Shown here piece by piece: positions 9,703 through 18,796 of a DNA stretch of 64,000 bases (position 1 is its first letter; the number at the start of each line of letters is the position of its first letter). Source of the stretch: Candidatus Amesbacteria bacterium (GTDB lineage Bacteria; Patescibacteriota; Microgenomatia; CAZETR01; Amesbacteraceae); the NCBI GenBank assembly GCA_027331445.1, contig DAHWUD010000002.1, forward strand, positions 77,018 to 141,017, written 5' to 3'. The position numbers and the translations under genes were made by a program. Below the pieces are notes generated by a model. It saw only the letters and a program-made list of their open reading frames with translations. It had not been told where the DNA came from and did not search any database.

Positions 9703-9782
9703 AAAACACTCTTATCCTCATCGTCATCCTCACCGCCGTCGCCACTTTCCTGATCATCGCCCACTTCTTTCCCCTGCATTAA
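9699..9782 (+). CDS. Putative 27-aa single-TM microprotein
   Basis: MKNTLILIVILTAVATFLIIAHFFPLH; ATGA overlap with the GT28 stop codon. Confidence 0.5.
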   Translation: MKNTLILIVILTAVATFLIIAHFFPLH

Positions 9783-9790
9783 TAAAACCC

Positions 9791-10774
9791 CTAAATTTCC
9801 CGGGGCAAAATATCGCTGGACCGCGCCAGCCACTCTTCCATTTGCTGCCGGTTTAATAGTCCCCTCTGCGGCCCGATGAATCCCAATTTTGCCGCGCTGT
9901 TACACGTCCCCCATCTCAGCGCCTCTCCCATTCCCTTCCCGTGCATCACCGCCGCCAGAAACCCAGACCCAAAAGCATCTCCAGCTCCCGTCCGCTCGAT
10001 GACTTGCACCGGGACTACCGGCATGTGCAGATATTTCTGTCCGTCAAACGCATATGCGCCTTCCATTCCGTCCGTAATCACCACCAGCTTCGCCCCCGTC
10101 CCCCGCAGTCCATCTAAAAGCTCCTTTACCGGGCTATCCATCGGCCGGTCCAGTAGTGATTCCGCCTCTTCCTTGTTTACAAACAACACCTCCGTCCTCT
10201 CCGCCACAAATTTAATCCTGGACAAGCCGCTTTTTATCTGTCTTGATCCCGGGTTAAAAGCAATTTTGGCTCCGCTTGCCTCGGCCCAATTGACCGCCTC
10301 CCGATAAAAATCTTCGTAATTTTCCCCGGCGGTAGTCAGGTAAATCCACTTGGCTAAAAGTCCCTCTTCTTTGGGAAACACGCACTGCGTCTCCGGATAA
10401 TACGATAAAATCGTCCGCTCACCGGAATAGTCAATCACCACCCCGAACCCCACTTTACCTTTATCCGTCGTCATCAGGTGCGTATCCACCCCCTCATCTG
10501 AAAGCATTTGCAGCGCCTGTTTGTCCGACCACCCGTCCCCCATTGATCCCGCCATCGCGGTTTTATGTCCCAGTCTGACCAGGCCCACCGCATTGTTCCC
10601 CGTATTTCCTCCTACGGCAAAATCTATCCCTGTTACCGGAATTTTTTCCCCGAATCCCAGCTCAATCATGCACCGTTTCCGGTCGATGCTGCAGGCTTCT
10701 TCAATTTCATCCTCCGGCAGCCGCACAAATACATCCATCCTTGCCGGCCCCAGACTGAGCATGTCGTATTGCAT
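9791..10774 (-). CDS. PfkB family carbohydrate kinase
   Basis: GG..GNNAVG..RLG, NKEE, RTGAGDAFGSGF. Confidence 0.9.
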   Translation of the reverse strand: MQYDMLSLGPARMDVFVRLPEDEIEEACSIDRKRCMIELGFGEKIPVTGIDFAVGGNTGNNAVGLVRLGHKTAMAGSMGDGWSDKQALQMLSDEGVDTHLMTTDKGKVGFGVVIDYSGERTILSYYPETQCVFPKEEGLLAKWIYLTTAGENYEDFYREAVNWAEASGAKIAFNPGSRQIKSGLSRIKFVAERTEVLFVNKEEAESLLDRPMDSPVKELLDGLRGTGAKLVVITDGMEGAYAFDGQKYLHMPVVPVQVIERTGAGDAFGSGFLAAVMHGKGMGEALRWGTCNSAAKLGFIGPQRGLLNRQQMEEWLARSSDILPREI

Positions 10775-10937
10775 CTCCTTCAATATACCAAAAATTGCCC
10801 CTCCCCCGCTACTTCTTTTTCGTCCCCAAAATCCTGCTCACTAATGCCGCCTGCAAAGCATGCGCCTCTGCTGCCACATCTAATGACCTCAAACCATTGT
10901 TCCGGTATCCCTAGCATTTTATAGATGTCCCGCATTT

Positions 10938-11900
10938 TCACTCCTGCTGGTATTCCCCTTTTGTCGCCAGCGAATTCATTTTTGCCCGGTGCAAAAATGT
11001 CTGTCTGGCCGACTCTACATTTTCCGCCTTCCCCACCCAGGTCTTAAGGGCGCTGTCCTGCAGGGCCCGGCCGTAAGAAAAGCTCAGTTGCCACGGTGGA
11101 TTTATCTTATTCATTTCATTTAAATTCAAGGTCGACCTGATTTCATCCTGCCCGCCGGACAAAAATACTATCCCCCCCACCTCCACCGGCACCCGTCTTC
11201 TAAGTAGTGCCACCGTCTCCCGCGCCACCTCTTCCGCCCCGGTGTCCATTGCTATCACCATGCTGGCCTTCAAGATCATTCCCTCAAACTCAATTTTGTA
11301 TTCCGCCAGCTTTTCAAATACTTTTTGCCACACCGCATCAGTCACTTCCCTGCACCTTTCCAAATCGTGCCCGTCGTCCAGAAGCACTTCCGGTTCCACA
11401 AACGGCACCAAGCCGGCCGCCTGTGATAAAGCCGCATATCTGGCCAATATCTCGGCGTTTACATTTATACACGTGGTTGTGGGCATGCCCGCGCCGATTT
11501 TTATCACGGCTCTCCACTTGGTAAATTTTGCCCCCATCCCGGCGTATTCTTTAAGTCTTTCCGCCAACCCGTCCAATCCCTCAGTCACTTTTTCCCCCGG
11601 AAAATTTGCCAGTTCCACCGTTCCTTTGTCCACTTTTATCCCCGGGATTATCCCTTTCTCAGACAGCATCTGTCCCAATCCGTCCCTCAACGTTTCGTCA
11701 AAAGTAATTGCCCCGGAAATATATTCCTCCGCTCCGGGCGTCCCGAACAGCATCTCCCGGTATGCCTTCCTGTTCTCGTGGCTGTTCTCAATCCCCAAAG
11801 CCTCAAACCTCTTCCCGATCGATCCCAGGCTTTCATCCGCCGCCAGCACTCCTTTTCCCCGAGTCACCAACTGCTTCGCCACACCAGCCATCTCAGACAT
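10938..11900 (-). CDS. Class I fructose-bisphosphate aldolase
   Basis: KGVLAADES, GIKVDKG, KWRAV, VEPEVL, FLSGGQ, FSYGRALQ. Confidence 0.95.
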   Translation of the reverse strand: MSEMAGVAKQLVTRGKGVLAADESLGSIGKRFEALGIENSHENRKAYREMLFGTPGAEEYISGAITFDETLRDGLGQMLSEKGIIPGIKVDKGTVELANFPGEKVTEGLDGLAERLKEYAGMGAKFTKWRAVIKIGAGMPTTTCINVNAEILARYAALSQAAGLVPFVEPEVLLDDGHDLERCREVTDAVWQKVFEKLAEYKIEFEGMILKASMVIAMDTGAEEVARETVALLRRRVPVEVGGIVFLSGGQDEIRSTLNLNEMNKINPPWQLSFSYGRALQDSALKTWVGKAENVESARQTFLHRAKMNSLATKGEYQQE

Positions 11901-11927
11901 ACATTATTTATACCAGTTTTGCCAAAC

Positions 11928-12158
11928 TTATTCTTCCAGCAAAAAGTACAGCGCGATCACTACCGAAGCCACCCCGATTACCATCTGCAAACTCACCCCG
12001 AAAACTCCCCAATTTAAAACCGGTCCCAATTGGGTCGGCATCATGTGCCCCAGTCCTGCCAAAAGTAGCATCACCCAACCCGCCGTCACTAACTTAGGCA
12101 TTTTCTTTACACTCACGCTCTCCCGCTCTTCCACTCTTATACTCTTTTTTACCGCCAT
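11928..12158 (-). CDS. Small two-TM membrane protein
   Basis: Two hydrophobic segments; co-oriented with its neighbours. Confidence 0.6.
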   Translation of the reverse strand: MAVKKSIRVEERESVSVKKMPKLVTAGWVMLLLAGLGHMMPTQLGPVLNWGVFGVSLQMVIGVASVVIALYFLLEE

Positions 12159-12201
12159 ATCTTTATCATTCTCACTCAGAAACAACCCAAAGTCAATGTG
12201 G

Positions 12202-12624
12202 CTATACAGATAGCAATATCATCGCCCCAATCCCCAAAATCACTCCCAAAATTTTCGTCACCGTCATCTCCTCTCCCAAAAACACAATCCCTAATATTAC
12301 CGCCACAACAGGATATAAAGCAGTAATCGTCGCACCCATCCCCAATTCCATCTTGGATAGTACCAAATAATATAGAGCAGACGCAGCCGCCCAAGCCAGA
12401 TTACTTAAAAAGAACCACTTCACCCCTTCCGCGTTGAGTCCCAGTCTATGACTGAAAAAGGCGATCACCAGAACAATGATTAATGACGGAACCCACACCA
12501 ACGCCGCCATTGTTGCCGCCGTATTCCCCCCCAATTTATTAACCGCCAGCTTATCCCAAAAAGTCGCCACTCCCCAAACTACAAACACAATTAAAGCGTA
12601 GATAAGGCCTATTCTTCCGTTCAC
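12202..12624 (-). CDS. EamA/DMT family transporter (single domain)
   Basis: Five TM helices, WG...FWDK, ALYP...LG..FLGE. Confidence 0.85.
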   Translation of the reverse strand: MNGRIGLIYALIVFVVWGVATFWDKLAVNKLGGNTAATMAALVWVPSLIIVLVIAFFSHRLGLNAEGVKWFFLSNLAWAAASALYYLVLSKMELGMGATITALYPVVAVILGIVFLGEEMTVTKILGVILGIGAMILLSV

Positions 12625-12657
12625 ATTTCCATTCTACCTTGATGTATACTAAAGTCA

Positions 12658-14142
12658 ATGAAGCCCCCGGCTTTGTGGCTCTCCCTCTTCGGTCTCTCCT
12701 GCTCTCTGGTGATCATTACTTCCCCTCTGATTTCCTTCCGCATTCTCCTGCACCTCCGTCGCCAGGCTATCACTTCCCCCGTCGCTTCCACGATCTCGGT
12801 ACTAACCCCTACTCCAACACCAGGTTCCGTGTGGAAAGTTTATATCAACTCTGACTACAATTACGCCATTAGCTACCCACCCAATCTATCCTCTTCATCT
12901 GCAAGCCAAAATTTTTCTCTTCCTCCATATCTTGATGTCCAAATAACTAAAACGTTACCTCACACTTCCAATGGCATATTAGCCCCAACATATGTAAATA
13001 ACTATCCTGCATCACAAGCCTTTATCGCCGGCTCGGAATACAAAACCGTTTATTTACAAATACCAAAACAAACAAACTATCTTGAAATAATGGTAAATCA
13101 AACACCTGAAAAATCTGCTTTGGCTGACCAAATCCTCTCCACCTTCAATTTTCTTCCAGATACCTCCGACTGGACCACTTATCAAAACTCAAAATATGGG
13201 TTTACCCTAAAATTCCCCTCTAAATTTGCCTACAAAAACTCCGATTCCGATTCCTTCCAACCGGGCGCCTTACCCGGCATCATCGGACACCTCGTCCCCA
13301 CCCAGGTTCCCGAACTTTCATATCCCGATTTCGGAATTTCAGTTGCCCGAACAGACCTCTCGCCAGACGCCTGGATTAAATCCGAAAACCTCTGTCCCGA
13401 TTGGCCGACTCAGCCTTCCTGCCAACCCGTCATTCCCGGCCCAATTTCCGGCTCACTTCAAATCACCGCCCTTAACCGCCACTACGCCAGCGTGGATACA
13501 TTCGTTAAAAAAGATCGCCTCTTGTTTGACCTTTCCCTGACCTATAGAAACCCCAACCAACCCCTTCCCAATCCCGTCACCTCGGAATACAACGCCATTC
13601 TTTCCACCTTTAAATTTACAGATCTAATATCAGGCACTTCTACCTGGAAAAACTATCAAAATTCCACCTACCACTTCTCCTTCTCCTATCCCCCGAATTT
13701 CGACCTCCTCACTCCCGGTCCCCATGACCTGCTTCCGCTTGGATTTATTTCTGTTTGCGACGGCAGTAAAGATCTGGTCTGTCTTCACCTCCCTCCTTCC
13801 GCCTATCCCAACACCAACTTTGAAGGCGCCGGAGTTGCCGTCAGTTATCTGCTCCAACTTACCTCCCCGGCTTCCTGCTCCACTACAAATCTCATGGGTC
13901 AAATCACTGCCACCCAGATCAACGGCATTGGCTACTGGCAGAGTACTATCGGCAACGGCGCTACCGGTCATACTGGCGGTGGCCCGGTTTACCGGACCTT
14001 TAATCAAAATAAATGTTTCGAAATTCAATTATCCATCGATAAATACCGTGACGAATTGAGCCGGTCATTCACTTCCACCGAAGAATCCACTCTTTCTTCT
14101 GTCTTGACCACCATCCTCTCCACCTTCAAATTTGAAAAATAA
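12658..14142 (+). CDS. Membrane-anchored protein with three PsbP-like repeats
   Basis: N-terminal TM helix; three units running from W..Y.N..Y.F...YP to ILSTF.F. Confidence 0.8.
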   Translation: MKPPALWLSLFGLSCSLVIITSPLISFRILLHLRRQAITSPVASTISVLTPTPTPGSVWKVYINSDYNYAISYPPNLSSSSASQNFSLPPYLDVQITKTLPHTSNGILAPTYVNNYPASQAFIAGSEYKTVYLQIPKQTNYLEIMVNQTPEKSALADQILSTFNFLPDTSDWTTYQNSKYGFTLKFPSKFAYKNSDSDSFQPGALPGIIGHLVPTQVPELSYPDFGISVARTDLSPDAWIKSENLCPDWPTQPSCQPVIPGPISGSLQITALNRHYASVDTFVKKDRLLFDLSLTYRNPNQPLPNPVTSEYNAILSTFKFTDLISGTSTWKNYQNSTYHFSFSYPPNFDLLTPGPHDLLPLGFISVCDGSKDLVCLHLPPSAYPNTNFEGAGVAVSYLLQLTSPASCSTTNLMGQITATQINGIGYWQSTIGNGATGHTGGGPVYRTFNQNKCFEIQLSIDKYRDELSRSFTSTEESTLSSVLTTILSTFKFEK

Positions 14143-14143
14143 A

Positions 14144-14190
14144 CTTCCCCCTCTTAGATTAAGAGGGGGTGGCCGGCAGGCCAGGGGCGT
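14144..14190. repeat. REP-like hairpin between convergent genes (possible terminator)
   Basis: ccccctctta-gat-taagaggggg followed by ggccggcaggcc-aggggcgt. Confidence 0.6.
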
Positions 14191-15161
14191 TATTTACGTG
14201 TTACGACCTTCCTCACCGCCTCTTTGATCTTGGTCACACTCATCCCGTACTTTTCCAACAATTCCTCCGGTTGTCCCGACTCTCCAAAGCTGTCCGGCAT
14301 CCCCACAAATTCCATCGGCACGGGAAAATTTTGGGCCAGTACTTCGGCGACAGCCGATCCCATTCCTCCCATCACCTGGTGCTCCTCCACCGTCACCACC
14401 GCCCCGCATTTTTGCGCCGCTTCAATAATTGTTTTTTTATCCATCGGCTTTATGGTGTGATTGTTTATTACTATCACTTCCACTCCTTCATCTTTTAATT
14501 CCTTCGCCGCGATCAGACTTTGATACACCAGCGGCCCACACGCCACAATTGCCACGTCATTTCCATATTCCTGAAACACTTCAGCTTTTCCAATTTCAAA
14601 CGGTGTCTCCGTCGTGGTTACTACCGGCGTCTTTTCTCTGGCCAGCCGCAAATAAAACGGCCCCGCCCATACCGTTCCCGCCAGGGTCGCTTTTTTGGTC
14701 TCTATACTGTCGCACGGTACCACCACGGTCATCTGCGGCAACACCCGCATGATCGCTATATCCTCGAGCGCCTGGTGGGTTGCCCCGTCCGGCCCCACCG
14801 ACACCCCGGCATGTGCTCCCGCAATTTTTACCGGCAGGTTGGAATAAGCGACCGCCACCCGCGCCTGGTCCCACGACCTGCCCGGCGAAAATACGGCATA
14901 CGAGGAGACCCAGGGAATTTTTCCGGCCGCCGCCAGCCCCGCCGCCACCCCCATCATGTTCTGCTCCGCTACCCCGCATTCAATAAATCTCTCCGGCCAC
15001 TTTTTGCTAAATTCCAGCACCCGCGTCGATTCCGCCAAATCCGCCGTTAGCACCACCACCCGTTTATCTTTTTCTCCCAGTTCCATCAATCCCTCTCCGT
15101 ACCCGTTCCTGATCGGCACCCGCTCCACCTCCGCTTCAAACAACTTCGGATTAAGTTTCAT
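14190..15161 (-). CDS. Transketolase C-terminal subunit
   Basis: GVAEQNM, GPDGATHQALED, EEH...GG.GSAVAE. Confidence 0.95.
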   Translation of the reverse strand: MKLNPKLFEAEVERVPIRNGYGEGLMELGEKDKRVVVLTADLAESTRVLEFSKKWPERFIECGVAEQNMMGVAAGLAAAGKIPWVSSYAVFSPGRSWDQARVAVAYSNLPVKIAGAHAGVSVGPDGATHQALEDIAIMRVLPQMTVVVPCDSIETKKATLAGTVWAGPFYLRLAREKTPVVTTTETPFEIGKAEVFQEYGNDVAIVACGPLVYQSLIAAKELKDEGVEVIVINNHTIKPMDKKTIIEAAQKCGAVVTVEEHQVMGGMGSAVAEVLAQNFPVPMEFVGMPDSFGESGQPEELLEKYGMSVTKIKEAVRKVVTRK

Positions 15162-15164
15162 ATA

Positions 15165-16655
15165 ATGTCATCATACATGATCACTTGGGCCAAGCACCAT
15201 TTTCTCCTTCTATTATTACTGTTATTTCTCGCCACCCGCCTCATAAATTTGACCCTGCTCCCTATTTTCAGCGATGAAGCCAACTATTTGGACTGGGGCT
15301 GGCGCGGTCTCCACGGCGTCCCTTTCCACTCGCTATATGACGCCAAACAGCCCCTTCTTATGTGGCTTTTTGGTCTTGGCGAAGAGATTTTTCCTGATCC
15401 CCTGTTTGGCGCCCGCTTTGTCTCAACTCTCACGGGTCTGGCTTCCATTCTGGCCGTTTATGCTCTTGCCGTCCGCCTCTTTGACAAAACCACCGCCTAT
15501 CTTTCCGTGCTTTTCTATACTTTCATTCCCTTTTTTATTTTTTTCGATCGCCAGGCTCTCATGGAATCATCTCTGACCGCCGTCGGCCTGTGGACGTTTT
15601 ATTTTCTCCTGAAATTTTTCTCCCGGCCCCGCCTCCTCCCCGCCCTGGTCATTGGCGTTCTGCTCGGCCTGGGTTTTTTTATCAAAACCTCCGCCGCCGT
15701 TTTCATCCTGGCTTTTGCTCTCATCGTCCTTCTTGGCCGCTCCTGGAAACTACTTACCCTTTCCTTGGCCTCAGCCATTGCTTTTCTCCTGGTTGATTCT
15801 CCCCTTTTATTTCAGTCGCTTTTTTGGTCTACTTTCACCCGCAATTCCCAGTATTCCTTCACCCTCCCTGAACTGCTGCATTTCCCCCTCCTCACCTGGC
15901 TCACTCATTTGTATATCAACTTCCAAATCTTACTCATTAACTTCACCCCCCTGGTCCTTCTTTTTATCCTTGTCGGCCTTATTCGTATCCGTCTGCCCCG
16001 GCTATATTACTACTGGCTGTTTATTCCCTTAATCATTTTTTCTCTTACCTCCCGCACCGCCGGTTATCTCTCCTTCCGCTACCTCACCCCGTTTATCCCT
16101 CTGTTTATCTTTCCTCTGGCCGCTTACCTAAAATCCCGTCGCATCCTACTTATACTCACTCTTGCCCTCCCCATTATTGCTGCCGTCACCCTCATTTTCT
16201 CCCCCGTTTCCTACTTTCAGATCAAATCCCGCCTCACTCCTTATTCTTACATCTCCGATTACGTCACCGGCTTTGACACCGGCTATCAGGTCAACGCCCT
16301 GGTAAGCCGCCTAGACACTCTCACCGGCAACCAGCCCTCGTACATTGCCATGGCCGTTCATGCCTTCAATCCCGAAGCCGCTCTCCTCGCCTACTACCGC
16401 AAGTCATCTCTCCTCACTCCCGTCTTTCTTGACGCCAAACTTTTCCCCGCCGACCTCTCCTCCCGTTATGACTGTCTGTCCGTCAACCAGCCCCTCTATT
16501 TTGTCGCCAAGTTGAACGACACCGCCGGTCTGGCCAAATTCCTCACCCCGGTCACCGTCGTCAAAAATTCCTACAATCCGGATTATTCCACCATTTATAC
16601 TCTCAAAACCAATTGCCCCCCTGACCGCACTGCCAACATCAGCCCTACTCAGTAG
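15165..16655 (+). CDS. GT-C fold (ArnT/PMT-like) membrane glycosyltransferase
   Basis: PIFSDEA..., KQPL, many TM helices, ALMES, FIKTS. Confidence 0.8.
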   Translation: MSSYMITWAKHHFLLLLLLLFLATRLINLTLLPIFSDEANYLDWGWRGLHGVPFHSLYDAKQPLLMWLFGLGEEIFPDPLFGARFVSTLTGLASILAVYALAVRLFDKTTAYLSVLFYTFIPFFIFFDRQALMESSLTAVGLWTFYFLLKFFSRPRLLPALVIGVLLGLGFFIKTSAAVFILAFALIVLLGRSWKLLTLSLASAIAFLLVDSPLLFQSLFWSTFTRNSQYSFTLPELLHFPLLTWLTHLYINFQILLINFTPLVLLFILVGLIRIRLPRLYYYWLFIPLIIFSLTSRTAGYLSFRYLTPFIPLFIFPLAAYLKSRRILLILTLALPIIAAVTLIFSPVSYFQIKSRLTPYSYISDYVTGFDTGYQVNALVSRLDTLTGNQPSYIAMAVHAFNPEAALLAYYRKSSLLTPVFLDAKLFPADLSSRYDCLSVNQPLYFVAKLNDTAGLAKFLTPVTVVKNSYNPDYSTIYTLKTNCPPDRTANISPTQ

Positions 16656-17496
16656 CGATTTTTCCCCCCAAACTCCGCAGTTCCGTCAGCGCTTTTTCCG
16701 CCTCTTCCCGGTTAGGCGGCTTCCCGTGCCACTCAAATTTTCCTTCCATAAAATCCACGCCTTTCCCCGGGATAGTATGAGCAACAATCACCGTCGGGTT
16801 TTCAAATATCGCCCTGGCTTTGTCCAGCGCGTCAGCTATCTCCCGGAAATTATGTCCGTCTATCTCCACGACTGACCAATTAAACGCCCGGAATTTATCC
16901 GTTAATGGCTGAAGCGGCATGATATCTTCCGTGTATCCGTCGATCTGGATATTATTCCGGTCCACAATCGCCGTCAGATTGTGCAGGTTGAGTTTCCCCG
17001 CCAGCATGATCGCTTCCCAGTTTGCTCCCTCTTCCAATTCCCCGTCTGACAAAATGGTGTATACCCGGTAGCTCTTCCCGTCCCTCATCCCGGCTATGGC
17101 TTGCCCAATGCCCTGGGCTAGCCCCTGGCCCAAGGGCCCCCCGCTGTTTTCAATCCCTGGCAATTCGCGGTAGTGCGGATGCCCCTGCAGCCGGCTCCCC
17201 AGTTTCCTAAGGGTCATCAGTTCCTCCTTGGGAAAATAACCGGCCTGGGCCAGCGTCGCGTACAGCCCCGGACAAATATGTCCGCAGGACAAAATTATCC
17301 TGTCCCTCCCCTCATTCCAGGGATCTACCGCCCTTACGTTGACCTCTCCCGACAGGTACAGCGTCGTAAACACGTCCGCCATCCCCAATGACCCCGCCGA
17401 ATGTCCGGACCCGGCCGCCAACAGCATGGATATGATGTTTTCCCGGATTTCGTTCGCCGCGGTTTCCAATTCCTTAACTTTTTGATCACTCAGCAT
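16645..17496 (-). CDS. Transketolase N-terminal subunit
   Basis: SGHSAGSL, DRIILSCGH, LQGHP, GPLGQG, TPP motif SDGE..EG..WEA...N, WHG. Confidence 0.95.
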   Translation of the reverse strand: MLSDQKVKELETAANEIRENIISMLLAAGSGHSAGSLGMADVFTTLYLSGEVNVRAVDPWNEGRDRIILSCGHICPGLYATLAQAGYFPKEELMTLRKLGSRLQGHPHYRELPGIENSGGPLGQGLAQGIGQAIAGMRDGKSYRVYTILSDGELEEGANWEAIMLAGKLNLHNLTAIVDRNNIQIDGYTEDIMPLQPLTDKFRAFNWSVVEIDGHNFREIADALDKARAIFENPTVIVAHTIPGKGVDFMEGKFEWHGKPPNREEAEKALTELRSLGGKIATE

Positions 17497-17506
17497 AATT
17501 TAGAAA

Positions 17507-17574
17507 GACGTTTGCGAGGCTGGCGCGCGCAGCGATCGGATACAGAGTTCGAGCACGCTCAGACCGCAAACATC
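17507..17574 (-). other. Long imperfect hairpin in the transketolase leader (copy 2 of the motif)
   Basis: Stems gacgtttgcg/cgcaaacatc and gcgcgc/gcacgc; 19-nt core identical to 1585-1603. Confidence 0.7.
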
Positions 17575-17580
17575 GGCATC

Positions 17581-18210
17581 TCATATTTCAAATGGCTTCT
17601 CCGCCGGGTTAAACGCATGCGTCGTATCGTGTTCCAGCATAAACTCAAACAACTCCAGGGACTTAATCACTTCCTCCGGCGTCTTGGCTACCCGATACAC
17701 CTGGAATTCTTCAGGCCGCATCCGCATGTGCGACATAAACGCCACCATAATATCCTCCCAGAACTTTCCGTAAAGTATCAGCGGTTTATGGTGCCCGAAA
17801 TACAGGCTGGCCAGCCCCCACGCCATTCCGAATTCCGAAATCGTTCCCGTTCCTCCTCGAAAAACTACATATGCCTGGCCCGTTTCCAGTAATTTTAGTG
17901 TCCGCTCCAGGTAATTATTGGTTTTTATTTCTTCATCAATCCGGTTGTTTTTATCCCGCCCCTCAAAATTGGCCATATCTTTAGGATAAAATGTCACCCC
18001 TACTACCCGCCCGCCTACCGACTTTGCCCCTTCGGTCGTCGCCCGCATCACTCCCGGTCCGCCGCCGTTGGCTACCACGTACCCGTTTTGCGCCAGGGCC
18101 TTTCCCACTTCGTACGCATCTTTAAATAGTGGGTCCTCCGGCAGCGCTCCTGCAAACCCCAGACACGTCACGGTTTTGATTAATCTCTCTTTCTTTTCTT
18201 CATTCGGCAT
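17581..18210 (-). CDS. LOG family (nucleotide monophosphate nucleosidase-like) protein
   Basis: NGGGPGVM, RGGTGTISE; start placed at ATG 18210, overlapping the rpe stop. Confidence 0.85.
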   Translation of the reverse strand: MPNEEKKERLIKTVTCLGFAGALPEDPLFKDAYEVGKALAQNGYVVANGGGPGVMRATTEGAKSVGGRVVGVTFYPKDMANFEGRDKNNRIDEEIKTNNYLERTLKLLETGQAYVVFRGGTGTISEFGMAWGLASLYFGHHKPLILYGKFWEDIMVAFMSHMRMRPEEFQVYRVAKTPEEVIKSLELFEFMLEHDTTHAFNPAEKPFEI

Positions 18211-18796
18211 CAGTCCATGATAGCACCCGGGCCGCCCCCACCGCCACCTCATCCGCCCCCGCCGCCTCCAGCTCCGCCAACCTGTCCTGCTCCACTCCCC
18301 CGTCCACACAGATTCTGTACCTGTAATTTTTCTCCCGTCTCAGTCCGCTCAACACCCTGATTTTCTTTATTACTTTGGGATCAAACTCCTGTCCCCCGAA
18401 TCCCGATTCCACCGCCATCACCACTACTACCTCCAACCCCGGCAAATACGGTTCCAGAATATCCGTCCCCGTGTGCACGTCCAGCGCCAGCCCCGCCAAT
18501 TCCCCCGGATGGCCGATGCTTTCCATCTGGGCAATTATCCTATCAAACCCGACCTTTTTTGCCTGCCGGACATATTTTTCCAGATTTTTCTCCACCACCA
18601 TCAGATGAGCATCAAAACCCAATTCCAGATACGGCGTCATATCAACCTCCTCCGGTTCGATTGTCTTGTTATCGGCATACTTCCCGTCGATAAAATCAAT
18701 TTGCACCCTGGAAAACTTCCCTGACTTTTTAATACCCTCAAGCCACTCCCTCGCCTGTCTGGGATCATCTGTCAGTACCGCCGGAATTATTTCCAT
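18200..18796 (-). CDS. rpe: Ribulose-phosphate 3-epimerase
   Basis: QIDFIDG, DAHLMV, MAV.SGFGGQ, VDGG. Confidence 0.9.
   Translation of the reverse strand: MEIIPAVLTDDPRQAREWLEGIKKSGKFSRVQIDFIDGKYADNKTIEPEEVDMTPYLELGFDAHLMVVEKNLEKYVRQAKKVGFDRIIAQMESIGHPGELAGLALDVHTGTDILEPYLPGLEVVVVMAVESGFGGQEFDPKVIKKIRVLSGLRREKNYRYRICVDGGVEQDRLAELEAAGADEVAVGAARVLSWTDAE

Noticed and set aside
10781-10935. Possible 51-aa minus-strand ORF between fba and pfkB
   Set aside because: No recognisable motif and no support beyond position.
11928-12158. Shared MAVKKS N-terminus with the small protein at 2991-3203
   Set aside because: Too short and low-complexity to imply homology.
11242-12213. 323-aa plus-strand ORF
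   Set aside because: Antisense to fba; explained by strand codon bias.
17507-17574. Hairpin considered as an integron attC site, SRP RNA or tRNA
   Set aside because: GTT/AAC boxes are in the wrong order for attC, there is no SRP GGAA-loop/AGCAG motif, and no cloverleaf forms.
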